From contig JBHGNT010000009.1 of assembly GCA_043228905.1 (NCBI GenBank), positions 17,360,001-17,424,000 on the forward strand: DNA of 64,000 nt, in the 5' to 3' direction. The notes below the pieces were generated by a model that was not told where the DNA came from, did no database searches, and was given only the letters and a program-made list of their open reading frames with translations. Positions 51,807-62,620 of the stretch are shown one piece after another. The position numbers and the translations under genes were made by a program. The stretch is from Azolla caroliniana. Taxonomy: Eukaryota > Plantae > Polypodiophyta. Positions within the stretch are counted from its first letter, which is position 1, and each line of letters starts with the position of its first letter.

Positions 51807-54800
51807 TCAATCAGATTCCTCCATGTCTTCATTTACATCCGCCCTATTATGTTCATCGTCGAGGTGATCGAGGTTAGGATTCTCGTCTTGTCTTTTCTTG
51901 AAAATCTTTACTCTTTTTCCCGCAATGTGTACGACCAACCTTGATCCGTCTAGCTCCACAAGGTGGTATGTGGCATTATCGTTGGCACTTGTCACCACAT
52001 ATAGCCTGAACCATCTTCTTGCCAATTTTCTTGTTGTACTGTGTTGATTGTCAAGGCTACTGTCGTAAACCAAAACCCAATCTCCTTCTTCAATCTTCTT
52101 GGGACGAAGTCGATGCGTGTTGTCGAACCAAACTTTGTTCTTTACTCGGGCTACCTCCATCATCTTTCGCGCTTTTTCTAGATCTTCAGGTCTTCTTTCA
52201 AGTTGCCTTATCTGCGCCACTAATAACTCTTCTCGGCTCATCTCGTTCTCCCACGGTATTGCTACCCATGATGTGATCATCCATTCGATGGGCATAACCG
52301 GCTTTTGTCCATACATAAGCTCCGTCGGCATATACCCTGTCACCGAGCTATGTGTCATTCTATCGGCCCACAAGGCATAGGGTAATAGTCGTGGCCAATT
52401 CCCGACTCGACCGTTGCATGCCCGTACGATGGCTTTAACGATAGGTCCATGCCCTCGCTCGATCTTCCCATTCGCTTCCGGATTGTAGGCAGTCGTGAGG
52501 GAGAGCTTCACGCCTAGTCGTTTGAAGAGCTCCGTTGCTTCGTGCGCATCCTATTCCCCTCGGTCGGCCACTATCTTCCCCACACATCTGTATCGGCAAA
52601 CAACCTCTTCAAGCAGAAATTTGCAAACGATTGAAGTCGTCTTATTTGTCAAGGCTCTTCCTTCCACTTGATTTGTCAAGTCTTCCCTTGCCAACGCTAA
52701 GTACTTCATTTGTCCCACTCCCATTGGCATCGAGACCAGATCCACCATCCATTTGAAGTATAGGGTGAGTGGGTATGTCGGTTGTAACTCATCACGATGA
52801 CGTATATTTGAATATATTTGGCAAGTTTTGCATGTGGACACGAAATGGAGTACATCTTTGTACATGCTTGGCCACCAGTACTTCTCCTTCAACTTTTCGA
52901 ACGTCTCCCATGTTCCTCTATGACCTGCCCAAGCACTCTCGTGGAATTCGGTCATCAACGTCTCTTGCTCTTCTTTCTTCACCACCACTCGACGTGTTAT
53001 TCCTGTCCTTCTTTTTTGATGTCACCAAAGGAATCCTCCCTTCAAGAAGTATCGGTAAGCTTTCTTCCGGATTCGTAGGGCCTCCTCCTTTGTCAACGAA
53101 GCATCTGTCGTCAATGTTCTTAGGAATCTACCGATGAGTAACCTCTCTCCTTCGTACTCATTCTCGTTGAAGGCGTGGAGGGTTTGCGTGTCCTGGTCTT
53201 CCGCCGACAATCGAGCCATCTTGAAGAAGTCGAGGGCGACATCTTCATCTTCCGAAACCATGTCGCTTCCATTTTCAAATCTTGCCCTCGATAGCATGTC
53301 AGCCATGTCGTTCTTCTTCCCTACAATGTGACGGATCTCTGGGTTTAAAGACTTGATGTAGGCGATTCACCTTAGCATAGCAAGATCTGGGGTCGCACAT
53401 CCCGAGACCATTCCAAGAATTGGGAGACAATCTGTCTCTATTATCACTTCCAACCCGATCAGGTAATCTTTGTCCGTCTTCACTGCAGACACAATACCCC
53501 AAAGTTCCCGCTTGACTTGGGCATATCTTTGTTGCCGTTCGCTGAGAATCTTTGCTCCGAACTAGACGGCATATCGTGCATTATCTTCTCCTTCTTGATT
53601 GATGACCCACCCGATTCCGTTTGGGCTTGTATCTACGGTCACGTAAATCGGCTTCCCTTCGGCATAGTCGGCCTTCCTTAGTGCCGGTGTCGTGTGGTTT
53701 TCCACACACGATATGAAAACTAGTAAAATAATTATTTACGATTAACTTAATATATGGATATGTAAAGATAGATGTGTTAAAGAGCTTCATAGCGTATTTT
53801 ACTACGCATAAAACGGATAAACAAGTATCAAGTTATGTGAGTGTGAAGTTTGAAGAAAAGAAAAGAAAAGACAAAATTGTGAGATATCCCACATAGATAG
53901 GACAACATTAGAACCCAGAATATATAACGGAAACCAAAACATATTTATTCTATCAATGTGTGGAGCATAAGATTTTCAAGGTGACTTGGGCTACACTATG
54001 TGGTGTGCACGCTTCGGGTGTACGCGCGTCTCCATGGTCGTGTGGACGTTTTCGGAAGTACGTGCGCATGGTGTGACTTGGGCTACACTATGTGGTGTGC
54101 ACGCTTCGGGTGTACGCGCGTCTCCATGGTCGTGTGGACGTTTTCGGAAGTACGTGCGCATGGACGTCTTTGGATGTACTTGCATGTGCAAATTTCGGGC
54201 GTACGTGTGGACATTTCGGACGGACGCGTGTGTGTGCACGTGCGCATGCGTGGACGTACGCGTGTGTGCGCACGCGCGCATGCGTGGATGCGTACACTAC
54301 GGCGTGGACGAGACTTTTGTGCGCAGATGCGTATACGGTGTGGGTTGTACGCGCGCGCATGGATGCGTACACTACGGCGCGGTCGGGACGTGCGCATGCA
54401 TGGATGCGTACACTACTACGTGGTCGAGACTTTTGCGCGCTGACGCGTCTACAGTTTGGTTGCGATGCACGTACGGATTGCGCACGGGCTAAACTTTATG
54501 GATGATTGTGTCATTTGGCTGAATTATACGGACAATCGCATGCAACCAAAAGCCAAGGCCATGCAACTAAAAGTAAAAAGGCATGCATCTAAAAATGGAA
54601 GCATGCGACTAAAAGCAGAGGCCATGCAACTAAAAATAGAGGCCTTCCGACTAAAAGTGGGCATGCAAAGTAAAGTTGGGGAGGAGGATCAACGAGGAGC
54701 TCGATATATGTCCCATTTTTTTCCCTCCTAGTTTTTTTTTCCTTTTTTTTCCCCCCCTTCTTTCATCTTCCCTCTCGGATTCGAGAAGAAAATTATCTCA

Positions 54801-56737
54801 CATATTGATATCAAGCTCTTAGCTTTGTTTACTTGAGCTTTCTTGTAAAAAATTATCTCTCATATTCATATCGGACCACTCCTTGCATGGTTGTTGGCTC
54901 CTTTCTTTGAAAAACTAATCTCTCATTTCCATACCCAACCCATTGTAACACGATTCTGAAATTATAAAGAATCGATTTTCTTTTGCAATAAACAAATGAT
55001 TTGTCTCTTCCACTTGTCTTATGCTTAAAACTTGCTTGTGTTGTACGTGTTGCACTAAATCCTTCTAGTCCAGAACCCCGACGGTTCCGCCTCACGATCC
55101 GCACATAGTGATGGATTTTCACGACACCGGAGCTTCAAGAAGCAGTTTCTTCAATCTTCGCATCGCATTTGTGTGCTTGTCTCGCCATTCGAACTTCATT
55201 CTTTTCTTTAGCAGTCCATATAACGGTTCAACGACATGAGCGTAGTGCGGAATCCAGATATGATAAAATGCGCATGCTCCAAGGAACCTTCTAACCTCCG
55301 TTTGGTTTTCGCATTCTTCTTTCATGTCTTGGATCACGTTCACTTTGTATGGCGAAGGCTTCCGGCCGTATGCCCCACACATGTGACCTACCACCAAGAT
55401 CTCCGGTTGCCCGAATGCGAATTTTTCTCCCGAAAATGTCAAATTCGCATCTTCGAGCCTTTGAAGCACCTTCTCACAATCTTTCATATGATCCACAACG
55501 AACTTTCTACAACCTTCCTTATCTTTCGATTCATCTTTCTCCTCATCCGAACATCCTTTTATCAGAATGGCATCCAAGAATGGCATCGTGATGTCCGGGA
55601 TGCAATCCTTCAAGAATTTATTCATGGCATTCACCATATGAGCCACCGAGTTTGTTGCGCCTTGGGGTAAGGTACACATCCGCACAAGCCCGATCGGAGT
55701 CCTCATGGTTGTAATGTCCCGACTGTCGATCGCCAATTGGAATTGGTCATATACGGAGTAGAGATCGCCAATGGAGTAGATGGACCGGCCCGCAAATGCT
55801 TTGGCAAATTCGTCCACGCTCGGACCGATTCCGGCATTTCGAATTGTCACCTTGTTGACGGGTTGAAGATCTTGGATGAATCACAATGATCCATTCTTCT
55901 TCGGCACCGTGAACCACCTATTGGAATAAGGAGCATTCGATGGTTCTAGAATTCCCATACTCACCTTCTCCTTTAAGAGCTCGATTAGCTTTGGAAGGTG
56001 TGCTCTCGGAATCAGTATCGGTTTCAAATTACAAGGCACATGAGGCACCGTGAAGATCACCATTGGCTCTATAACCTTTGGGTCGGCGCATCCAATTTCT
56101 CGTGGGAAGAATGTGAAAGCCTTCCCATGTCTCTCCAGCATATCGCGAAACATTCGCTCCTCTTCAGGGAGAAGGAAATCCTCCTTTCCAACTCGTAGCT
56201 TCCCCTTCAACTCTTTGGTGAAGACATGACTTATTGTCTTCGGATCTCTTAAGCTTGGATTGTTAGCGACTTCCTTCATCTTTTGCCAGCTATCTTCCGG
56301 TAGCGGAACCGCAACTGGCTTGATCTTCTTATCCACCGTTTTATATTTCGTGTTGATGTCAGCTTCCTTCATCGAGATGCCACGACGGTATTCATCGATG
56401 ATAGCGTACATGTTGACGGAGTTAACCGAAATCACGCGTTGGTCATGAAGATAGCTCAAGTCCACGACGTCCTCGATTTCACCGATGGTGTCGTTAAATG
56501 AGGCTTCTTCCATAATATGAGTCACAAACTCTCCTTCTTCTATTATGTTTTCTTCTTTCAGTATCTTCTCGAATTCTTGTATCTGACGGTTGTCCTTCTT
56601 GTCGGGTAGTACTAGTTTACATGCGTCACTAGGCGTGACACATGTTGCTTCTCCTCGCAATCCACACATTCTTCTTACTTGTGGGGTCTTGTGATTGCTC
56701 GGACTATTTGTGCCCCATGCTTCAATAGTCCGCTCTA
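51807..56737 (-). pseudogene. pol (RT, RNase H, integrase), degraded and interrupted by a solo LTR
   Basis: LPQGATNS, FLD(A)IL, HES...GHRG...C..C, ADRGE, YNPEANGKIER. Confidence 0.9.
53688..55126 (+). mobile_element. Solo LTR of a related family, opposite orientation to its host
   Basis: TGTCGTG...CACGACA, 4-bp TSD CCGG. Its 3' 60 bp match the host LTR end. Confidence 0.9.
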
Positions 56738-58984
56738 AAAATCCGAGGATTTGCCTCCGAGACTATCTCGATTCCTTTCATGATTGGCTCGCACCATTAG
56801 GAATTGGACCGATCTTTGGTTGTCAAGACTCTTTATTCGTGCGAAGGCTGCTCCATTATCGAACACTTTGGTCTCCATCCGAGATGATGTGATATACGGT
56901 TGCCCTAGGATGACAAGATGCGACGCCGATTCTTGCACGAAGAAGTGTTGATCCATCTCCACATCCCCGATCGTGACTTTGACATTGGGGCAAGCTTCGT
57001 ACAAGTCCTCCGTAGACTTTGTTGCCGCGCGAATCTTCCATCCGTGGTTTGTATTGATTGGCCATCTTCCTTTTCTGTAGAAGTCGGTTGACATGAGGTT
57101 GATCTCCGAGCCGTGGTCTATCAAAGCTACCACGGTCTCTTTCTTCTCCCCGATCTTCACCGGCGTTTCCGTTGTCACTCGTGCCCAATGAGGTCGAGTA
57201 TAGTGGCTGTCCACCATATCTTCACCGACTTCGTCTCTTGCCATCATTATGGCATTCGTTTTTGCTTTTTGCGGCTTCTCTTCTTCCTCGTCCGATGGTT
57301 GTCTTTTTGTCTTTACAAGGTCCACGATCGTGTCATGGAACTCCTTCTTTGTAATGCCAAGCAATTCCCTCAAGGACAAAGTCATGTGGCTATCAAGAAC
57401 TCGTTCTTTGAGAATCTTCTTTAGGTCCGCCGTCTGCTCTATGTCCGACCTTAGCTTATAGGTAGGCATAGTCCTTGTCCTCCGAGCGGGGTCTTCGACA
57501 CCAACCTTCACGGGCCAAACCGTTTCTTCAACTCGTATGCTCGGCTCCCCTTTTCGGCTTGATTCTCGTTCCTCCGTTTGTAAAGGTCGACTCGTCTCCA
57601 CATCGTCCTTCTTTTTCGCGTTCCTTGTTTCATGTCTTTTTGATGGTCCTTGCTCTTCTATTCTTTTTCTCTTTTCTTCGACGAACACCTCGTGGTTGTC
57701 GCACATCACCTCCGCGAGTATGGTGTTGTCGTCCACCGGATCCGACCACCTGGTTATGCTTTGCATGCTTCGGTCCGCAAGCTCTACCTCGTTCGATGTA
57801 ACCTTCCCCATCTTCTCATACTCGAGAACGGAAGACCAAAACTTGGCTCCCACTTTCACAACTTCATTTCTGTCTTTCAAGAATCTTATTCCGGCCGACG
57901 CAGCATAGTGCATTGCATCCACATGAGTCGCATCGGCATTCTCCATAACTTTCTTCATTCCTCCTCTTTGGAAATTCACCCGTAGGGGTCTTCTAGTCTC
58001 ACTCGAGCAGATCATGTTGTCATCTATGTACACGATATTTTGTCGGATCGCCTCTCGAAGGCTCGCGCAATCCCTTCTCATGTGGTCCATGCTATCGCAC
58101 CACACGCATCTAAAGGGTTCTTTTCCTTTGGGCCCCCGACGATTCATGTTGGCTAGCATGACTGCCTCAAACTTCTTCGCTAGTTCTTTGATGATGTTGT
58201 CATCAATCTTCTTTTCTTCCGGGCTACTTTGTTTGGGCGGCTCAACAACTTTCGGTTGTCTTGTTTTCTTCACAACAGTCGATCCTGCCAAGTCGGTGTC
58301 ATCAACCCCCTGACGACGCTTGTTGAGCCTATTGCATGCCCGCTTCACCGTGATCCAGTCCGCTACGAGCCTGTTTGCTTGGGTATCATCTTCGAGAAGA
58401 GTCCCCAACTCCCGTCTATCCTTCATGTCCACGGCCTTCAAGAAGTACAAAGTCTTGTCCTCTTCAAGCAACACTTGGTCCGTGTTGGGGAGACGACTAA
58501 ACATCTGGTCGAATTCATCGTACACCCTCGAGGCGCTCATCTTCTTATTCTTCTTCTCTATCCACTTCATCAGGGCATGTCGAGTCATCCTCGTTGAGTC
58601 TTCAGTCACGAACTCCGCTAGTATCGTTTTCTCAAACTCGGACCATGTTGTCTTACCTTCTTGAAGCTCGATGACGGGTCTTTGGATATTGTTGGCGACA
58701 ACTCTCTTGAAGCTTGCGATTTGACGTGCTTCGGACACGTCTCTCTGATTCATCTCCCTTCTATATGTGTCAAGGAACTTCGTAACGTTCCTTCCATCGA
58801 ATTGGCCCTTGAGCTCTACGACACGATCCACAGCCTTCTCCATGCTCGCGTCGTAGTCTCGAGATCTCATCATTTGCTCGACGATTAGCATCATCCTTTC
58901 GAGCTCTCCTGCTTGATTGCTTGAGGATGCCATCTCCAAGTATCGGTTGATCCTCGACTTGATCGTTCCTACCGTCTCTTTCAC
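56735..58984 (-). CDS. gag-protease polyprotein
   Basis: FDGRNVTKFL, knuckle CVWCDSMDHMRRDC, protease ALIDHGSEINLM. The real start is probably MASSS near 58933. Confidence 0.9.
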   Translation of the reverse strand: MKETVGTIKSRINRYLEMASSSNQAGELERMMLIVEQMMRSRDYDASMEKAVDRVVELKGQFDGRNVTKFLDTYRREMNQRDVSEARQIASFKRVVANNIQRPVIELQEGKTTWSEFEKTILAEFVTEDSTRMTRHALMKWIEKKNKKMSASRVYDEFDQMFSRLPNTDQVLLEEDKTLYFLKAVDMKDRRELGTLLEDDTQANRLVADWITVKRACNRLNKRRQGVDDTDLAGSTVVKKTRQPKVVEPPKQSSPEEKKIDDNIIKELAKKFEAVMLANMNRRGPKGKEPFRCVWCDSMDHMRRDCASLREAIRQNIVYIDDNMICSSETRRPLRVNFQRGGMKKVMENADATHVDAMHYAASAGIRFLKDRNEVVKVGAKFWSSVLEYEKMGKVTSNEVELADRSMQSITRWSDPVDDNTILAEVMCDNHEVFVEEKRKRIEEQGPSKRHETRNAKKKDDVETSRPLQTEERESSRKGEPSIRVEETVWPVKVGVEDPARRTRTMPTYKLRSDIEQTADLKKILKERVLDSHMTLSLRELLGITKKEFHDTIVDLVKTKRQPSDEEEEKPQKAKTNAIMMARDEVGEDMVDSHYTRPHWARVTTETPVKIGEKKETVVALIDHGSEINLMSTDFYRKGRWPINTNHGWKIRAATKSTEDLYEACPNVKVTIGDVEMDQHFFVQESASHLVILGQPYITSSRMETKVFDNGAAFARIKSLDNQRSVQFLMVRANHERNRDSLGGKSSDF

Positions 58985-58997
58985 GTCGGGTTCACCA
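58980..58997 (-). other. Primer-binding site for tRNA-Trp
   Basis: Plus strand TTCACGTCGGGTTCACCA matches the plant cytosolic tRNA-Trp 3' end as I recall it; 8 nt from the LTR. Confidence 0.8.
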
Positions 58998-60522
58998 CTT
59001 TATTATGTTGTGAAGATCCGTCACTACGCGCGGATCGTGAGGCGGAACTGCCGGGGTTCTGGACCGAAAGGACTTGAAGTTGGCGCAAGCTTTAGCGAGG
59101 AAGTACTTAAGCTAGATTGAAAGAGAGAGAAATTGAGATAGAATAGAACGCTTGACTTTAGATTGAGAGAGATTAAGATTGAACTCTTGATTTTAGATTT
59201 TAAGAAACAAGTTACACGATCAATTCAATAACGAATTCTCTTCTTCTTAATTTCATAACCAAAAAAAGCCTAACCCTTCTTCTTTTTCATCCCTTCTTTT
59301 ATAGATGCTCTCATGCATATGATGCATGTGAGGGTACAAGACATGCATAAAATGCATGTTTGCCATTTGGCGCTCATGTATTACATGTGGTGCATGATAA
59401 CCATGTCACTCATTTTAGCTCTCATGTATGAAAATTTGCATGTAAAAGTACAATGATAGAAATATAAATTCAACTAAATGTCATGGCTTAGTGGTAAGCT
59501 TACTGACTCTTAACTAGGAGGTGCAAGGTTTGAGTCCTCACTTGCCCTCTTTGTGTATATATGTGATATATATTTATTTGTTACTTTGGTCACCAGATGT
59601 CGGATGACGCTGGTTCGCCGGATACCGGCTCTGTCGTCGACCCGTCGGATGCCGATACCACCGGATCACCGATCGCCGGTTACCATCCAAATCTGTTTTG
59701 GTTGGCCAAAACATTTACGAGTGGCTAGGCCACCTCCACTCTTAGTTCAAGTTACCTTGAACTCTCTATGCTCAACACATAAACACAAAGATAATAGCTT
59801 TTGCTCTACCTTATATATGATGAGAGCCGTATTTGTCGTGCTTATGTGGGATATCTCATAGTTTTCTCTTTTCCTTTCACAAACTTTATACCCTCATATC
59901 TTGACATCTAGTTGTCCTTTTCTCGTGTAATAAAGTGCATTTGAAAGCTCTTGAAGACATCCATCATTTTGTACTTAAATACTTCACTATTATTGTTTTA
60001 TGTGATTCATACTCGATTTTGTACGTTTTATGTGATTTCACACTATTGCCGAAAATGTTTACGACAACGTATTGTTTGGAATTCACATTACTAATACAAA
60101 GTTTGGGTTCTACTTGGTGTATTCCATTCTTTATATTCTTCTATATGTTTTAATTTCTATATACTTGGTTTGTTAACTTATGACATTGGTTTCACTGCGT
60201 GTATTGCTAACTTGGTATATGGAGAAACATGAATTAGTTTACATTAAGGCTGATTTTGGTCAAACTTTACCTTTACATAACATGCTCGTAGAATTGTTGC
60301 CATGACTGTCCATGTTGTTATTTGCGATCAATTGTCGAGATTGTCATTCCGTGTCTAATATATATACAAGTCCATATATTATGGATCTTTGTCTTCTATT
60401 GTTAAAACTATTATGTTTCTCTTCCATTGTTGCTTAGATTATGTAGTGTGTTGATAATGGTTCCACTAGCGTTATCCACATGTTTTTATACGCTTGTAGT
60501 TCCACTAGCGTTATCGTTTGGA

Positions 60523-60800
60523 GTTTGATCCCATGTGAATCACTTAAGGAATAGATTAGATCAATTTTAAATACAAGTATTGAAAGCCTTAATAGGTTTG
60601 TTATTTCCATCACATTATCCTAAAGTTCACTGTCTTACATTGTCCACAATTATATACATATGGTTTGATCCCATGCGAACAAACTAAGGAATAGATTAGA
60701 TCAACTTTAAATACAAGTATTAAATACCTTAATAAGTTTGTTATTCCAATCACATTATCCTAAAGTTCACTATCCTACATTGTCCATAATTATATACATA
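60523..60800 (+). repeat. Two-copy ~140-bp tandem duplication in the transposon subterminal region
   Basis: GTTTGATCCCATG...ATTATATACATA occurs twice. Confidence 0.85.
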
Positions 60801-61179
60801 CGAGTATGGGTCAAAGTATAAATTATAACTCAGTTTATTAGTATGGTTTAGAGTACACCTTATATTTTTGTAAAACTTACCAAAATAATATAAGTCTTTA
60901 ACTTAGTGTTTGTCATGTCACAAATTAGTGAGATATTGAGCCATTGTTGAACTTTATTATGCCTACATTAACTTATGAACACATCCAAACTTATTTGAAT
61001 TTCTAATGATCTCCACTCAAAGACCTATCATGTATTTTTAAATTTTTTCAAATTCTAATCAAGTTGTGGAACATGTGATACTAGTGCATCCAATTTTTGT
61101 AGAGAGGGTATATTTGGATATTTTCAAGAAGATTCTGCAAGTGGAATGCGCGATCCTTCCACTTGTGAACGCGAACGTG

Positions 61180-61637
61180 TTGTTGCAAAAAGGCCTCATT
61201 TACAGAGGAATCTAATGATGAATCATGAAGCAACTGTATCACATCCCATCTACCAAACCATTTTTCTATATCTTGCATCCAACCGGAACACAAAATTTTG
61301 CTTTAATGCGTCTTTTGGATCTTTTTGCTTGCTTCCCATGCAATTCTAGGTAAACAATGTGAGGGACTTTTTTGAACCTTAAGAATGTATTCAACAACCC
61401 TTTCCATGGCCATGATCTCAATGGGAAGCGATCCTGTCTCAAGGAGGAGGAGGGTGTAGGGCGTTTGTTTCTTAACTTGTAGAAACTTTGTAAGAAAATG
61501 TTTTTGGACATTTTCAAACTCTTTCCACATAGATTTAGGGATGCTACCACCCCATACTTCCACCCCATAGAGAAGAACTGGTGTCACCAAAGTGTCGAAA
61601 AGATATTTCTTGAGGACCCAACACTTAATATCTCCAA
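61180..61637 (-). mobile_element. RTE-like LINE C-terminal fragment
   Basis: LFDTLVTPVLLYGVEVWG...ENVQKHFL...LETG; homologous to 20860-21200. Confidence 0.8.
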
Positions 61638-61968
61638 GAGAGAGAGAGAGAGAGAGAGAGTTCACACTCACAACCATGGATATGTATTGCTCAATCTTTC
61701 ATTGAGAACAAGGGTTTAACACATGAGACGACAACAATTAAGACTTCATGGTGGCAATTATTGAACAAATGTACTCTTAAGATTCATGGCTCTTCACGCA
61801 TTCAACACTTGGTTGTAAACCATCCTCTAGCAGAGAGCATTGAACTTCCTTGCAAAAAGAGTTGCTTGTATCTTCTCAATTATTATGTTGGCATGGAAAG
61901 GAGAGATTGCTCTCTCAATTTAATCACTTGTTTCGTTTCATGGTCAAAGAGGTGGGAGATATAGTTGA
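61638..61968 (-). repeat. Second copy of the ~340-bp (CT)n-tailed repeat
   Basis: Reverse complement of 19808-20150. Confidence 0.85.
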
Positions 61969-62620
61969 CCTATATTCTTACTATAGTGAATAGGAATATT
62001 ATAGGCATAATTAGTGTCGGGTTCATTTATGAGCATTCAAGTATTGATGGTACTTGCGTCAGCCCACTTGTTAAGGCTCGTATAAAAAGAGCACAGTGTA
62101 TGTACAGAGTGTTCATTATTTGAAATTGATGTTAATCCTTAGAGCCGAACAATGGCCTAACATAGGGTGTCTCCGGAAGACACTTCACCAAATGGGTGTT
62201 ACGGCGAGATAACTTAAGACACAACGATTAATCCGACTTAATTGGCTACTTAGCAATAGGGGATTCACTTAATACAGGCGTAAGATATAACAATTAACAC
62301 AGAACGGTAATCAATACGTGAAGATAAAACAAGAAGCTTATATTAATTCTCCGTTAAAGTTTTACATTGCAACCGGGCCTTTATATAGGTCACCGGTGCT
62401 GCGTACAAACGGTGCCAACCGGCACTTGTTCGGAACCGGTCTGGATCCGGATCGGCACACCGATTCCGATCCGTCCGTTCACCACATAATTATAATCTAT
62501 TAAAATATATTCTGAATAACCATCCCTTTCACATTCTGGTCTTTACTCCTTTGTCGGCCGGGTAACACATGGCACGCCCGTGGGACAGTACCTTGTACGT
62601 CGAATCCCACTATCCAGCCC

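Larger units (their letters stand above)
51023..60066 (-). mobile_element. Non-chromovirus Ty3/gypsy element; 5' LTR 59006-60066, 3' LTR 51023-51734
   Basis: TGT(C/T)GTG...ACGACA LTR ends, TSD ATGT/ACGT, tRNA-Trp PBS at 58980-58997, PPT at about 51735-51751. Confidence 0.92.
37697..61179. mobile_element. MTase-carrying TIR DNA transposon, copy 2; both TIRs present, about 8.8 kb after removing two nested LTR elements
   Basis: TIRs at 37697-37730 and 61146-61179. The internal sequence is inverted-colinear with copy 1 and resumes across both insertions. Confidence 0.85.

Noticed and set aside
53986-54505. Overlapping ORFs in many frames
   Set aside because: Low-complexity, stop-poor LTR repeat sequence.
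17711-61183. Simple inversion between copies 1 and 2 as the explanation for the missing TSD
   Set aside because: Swapping the flanks in silico gives neither a TSD nor a rejoined retroelement.
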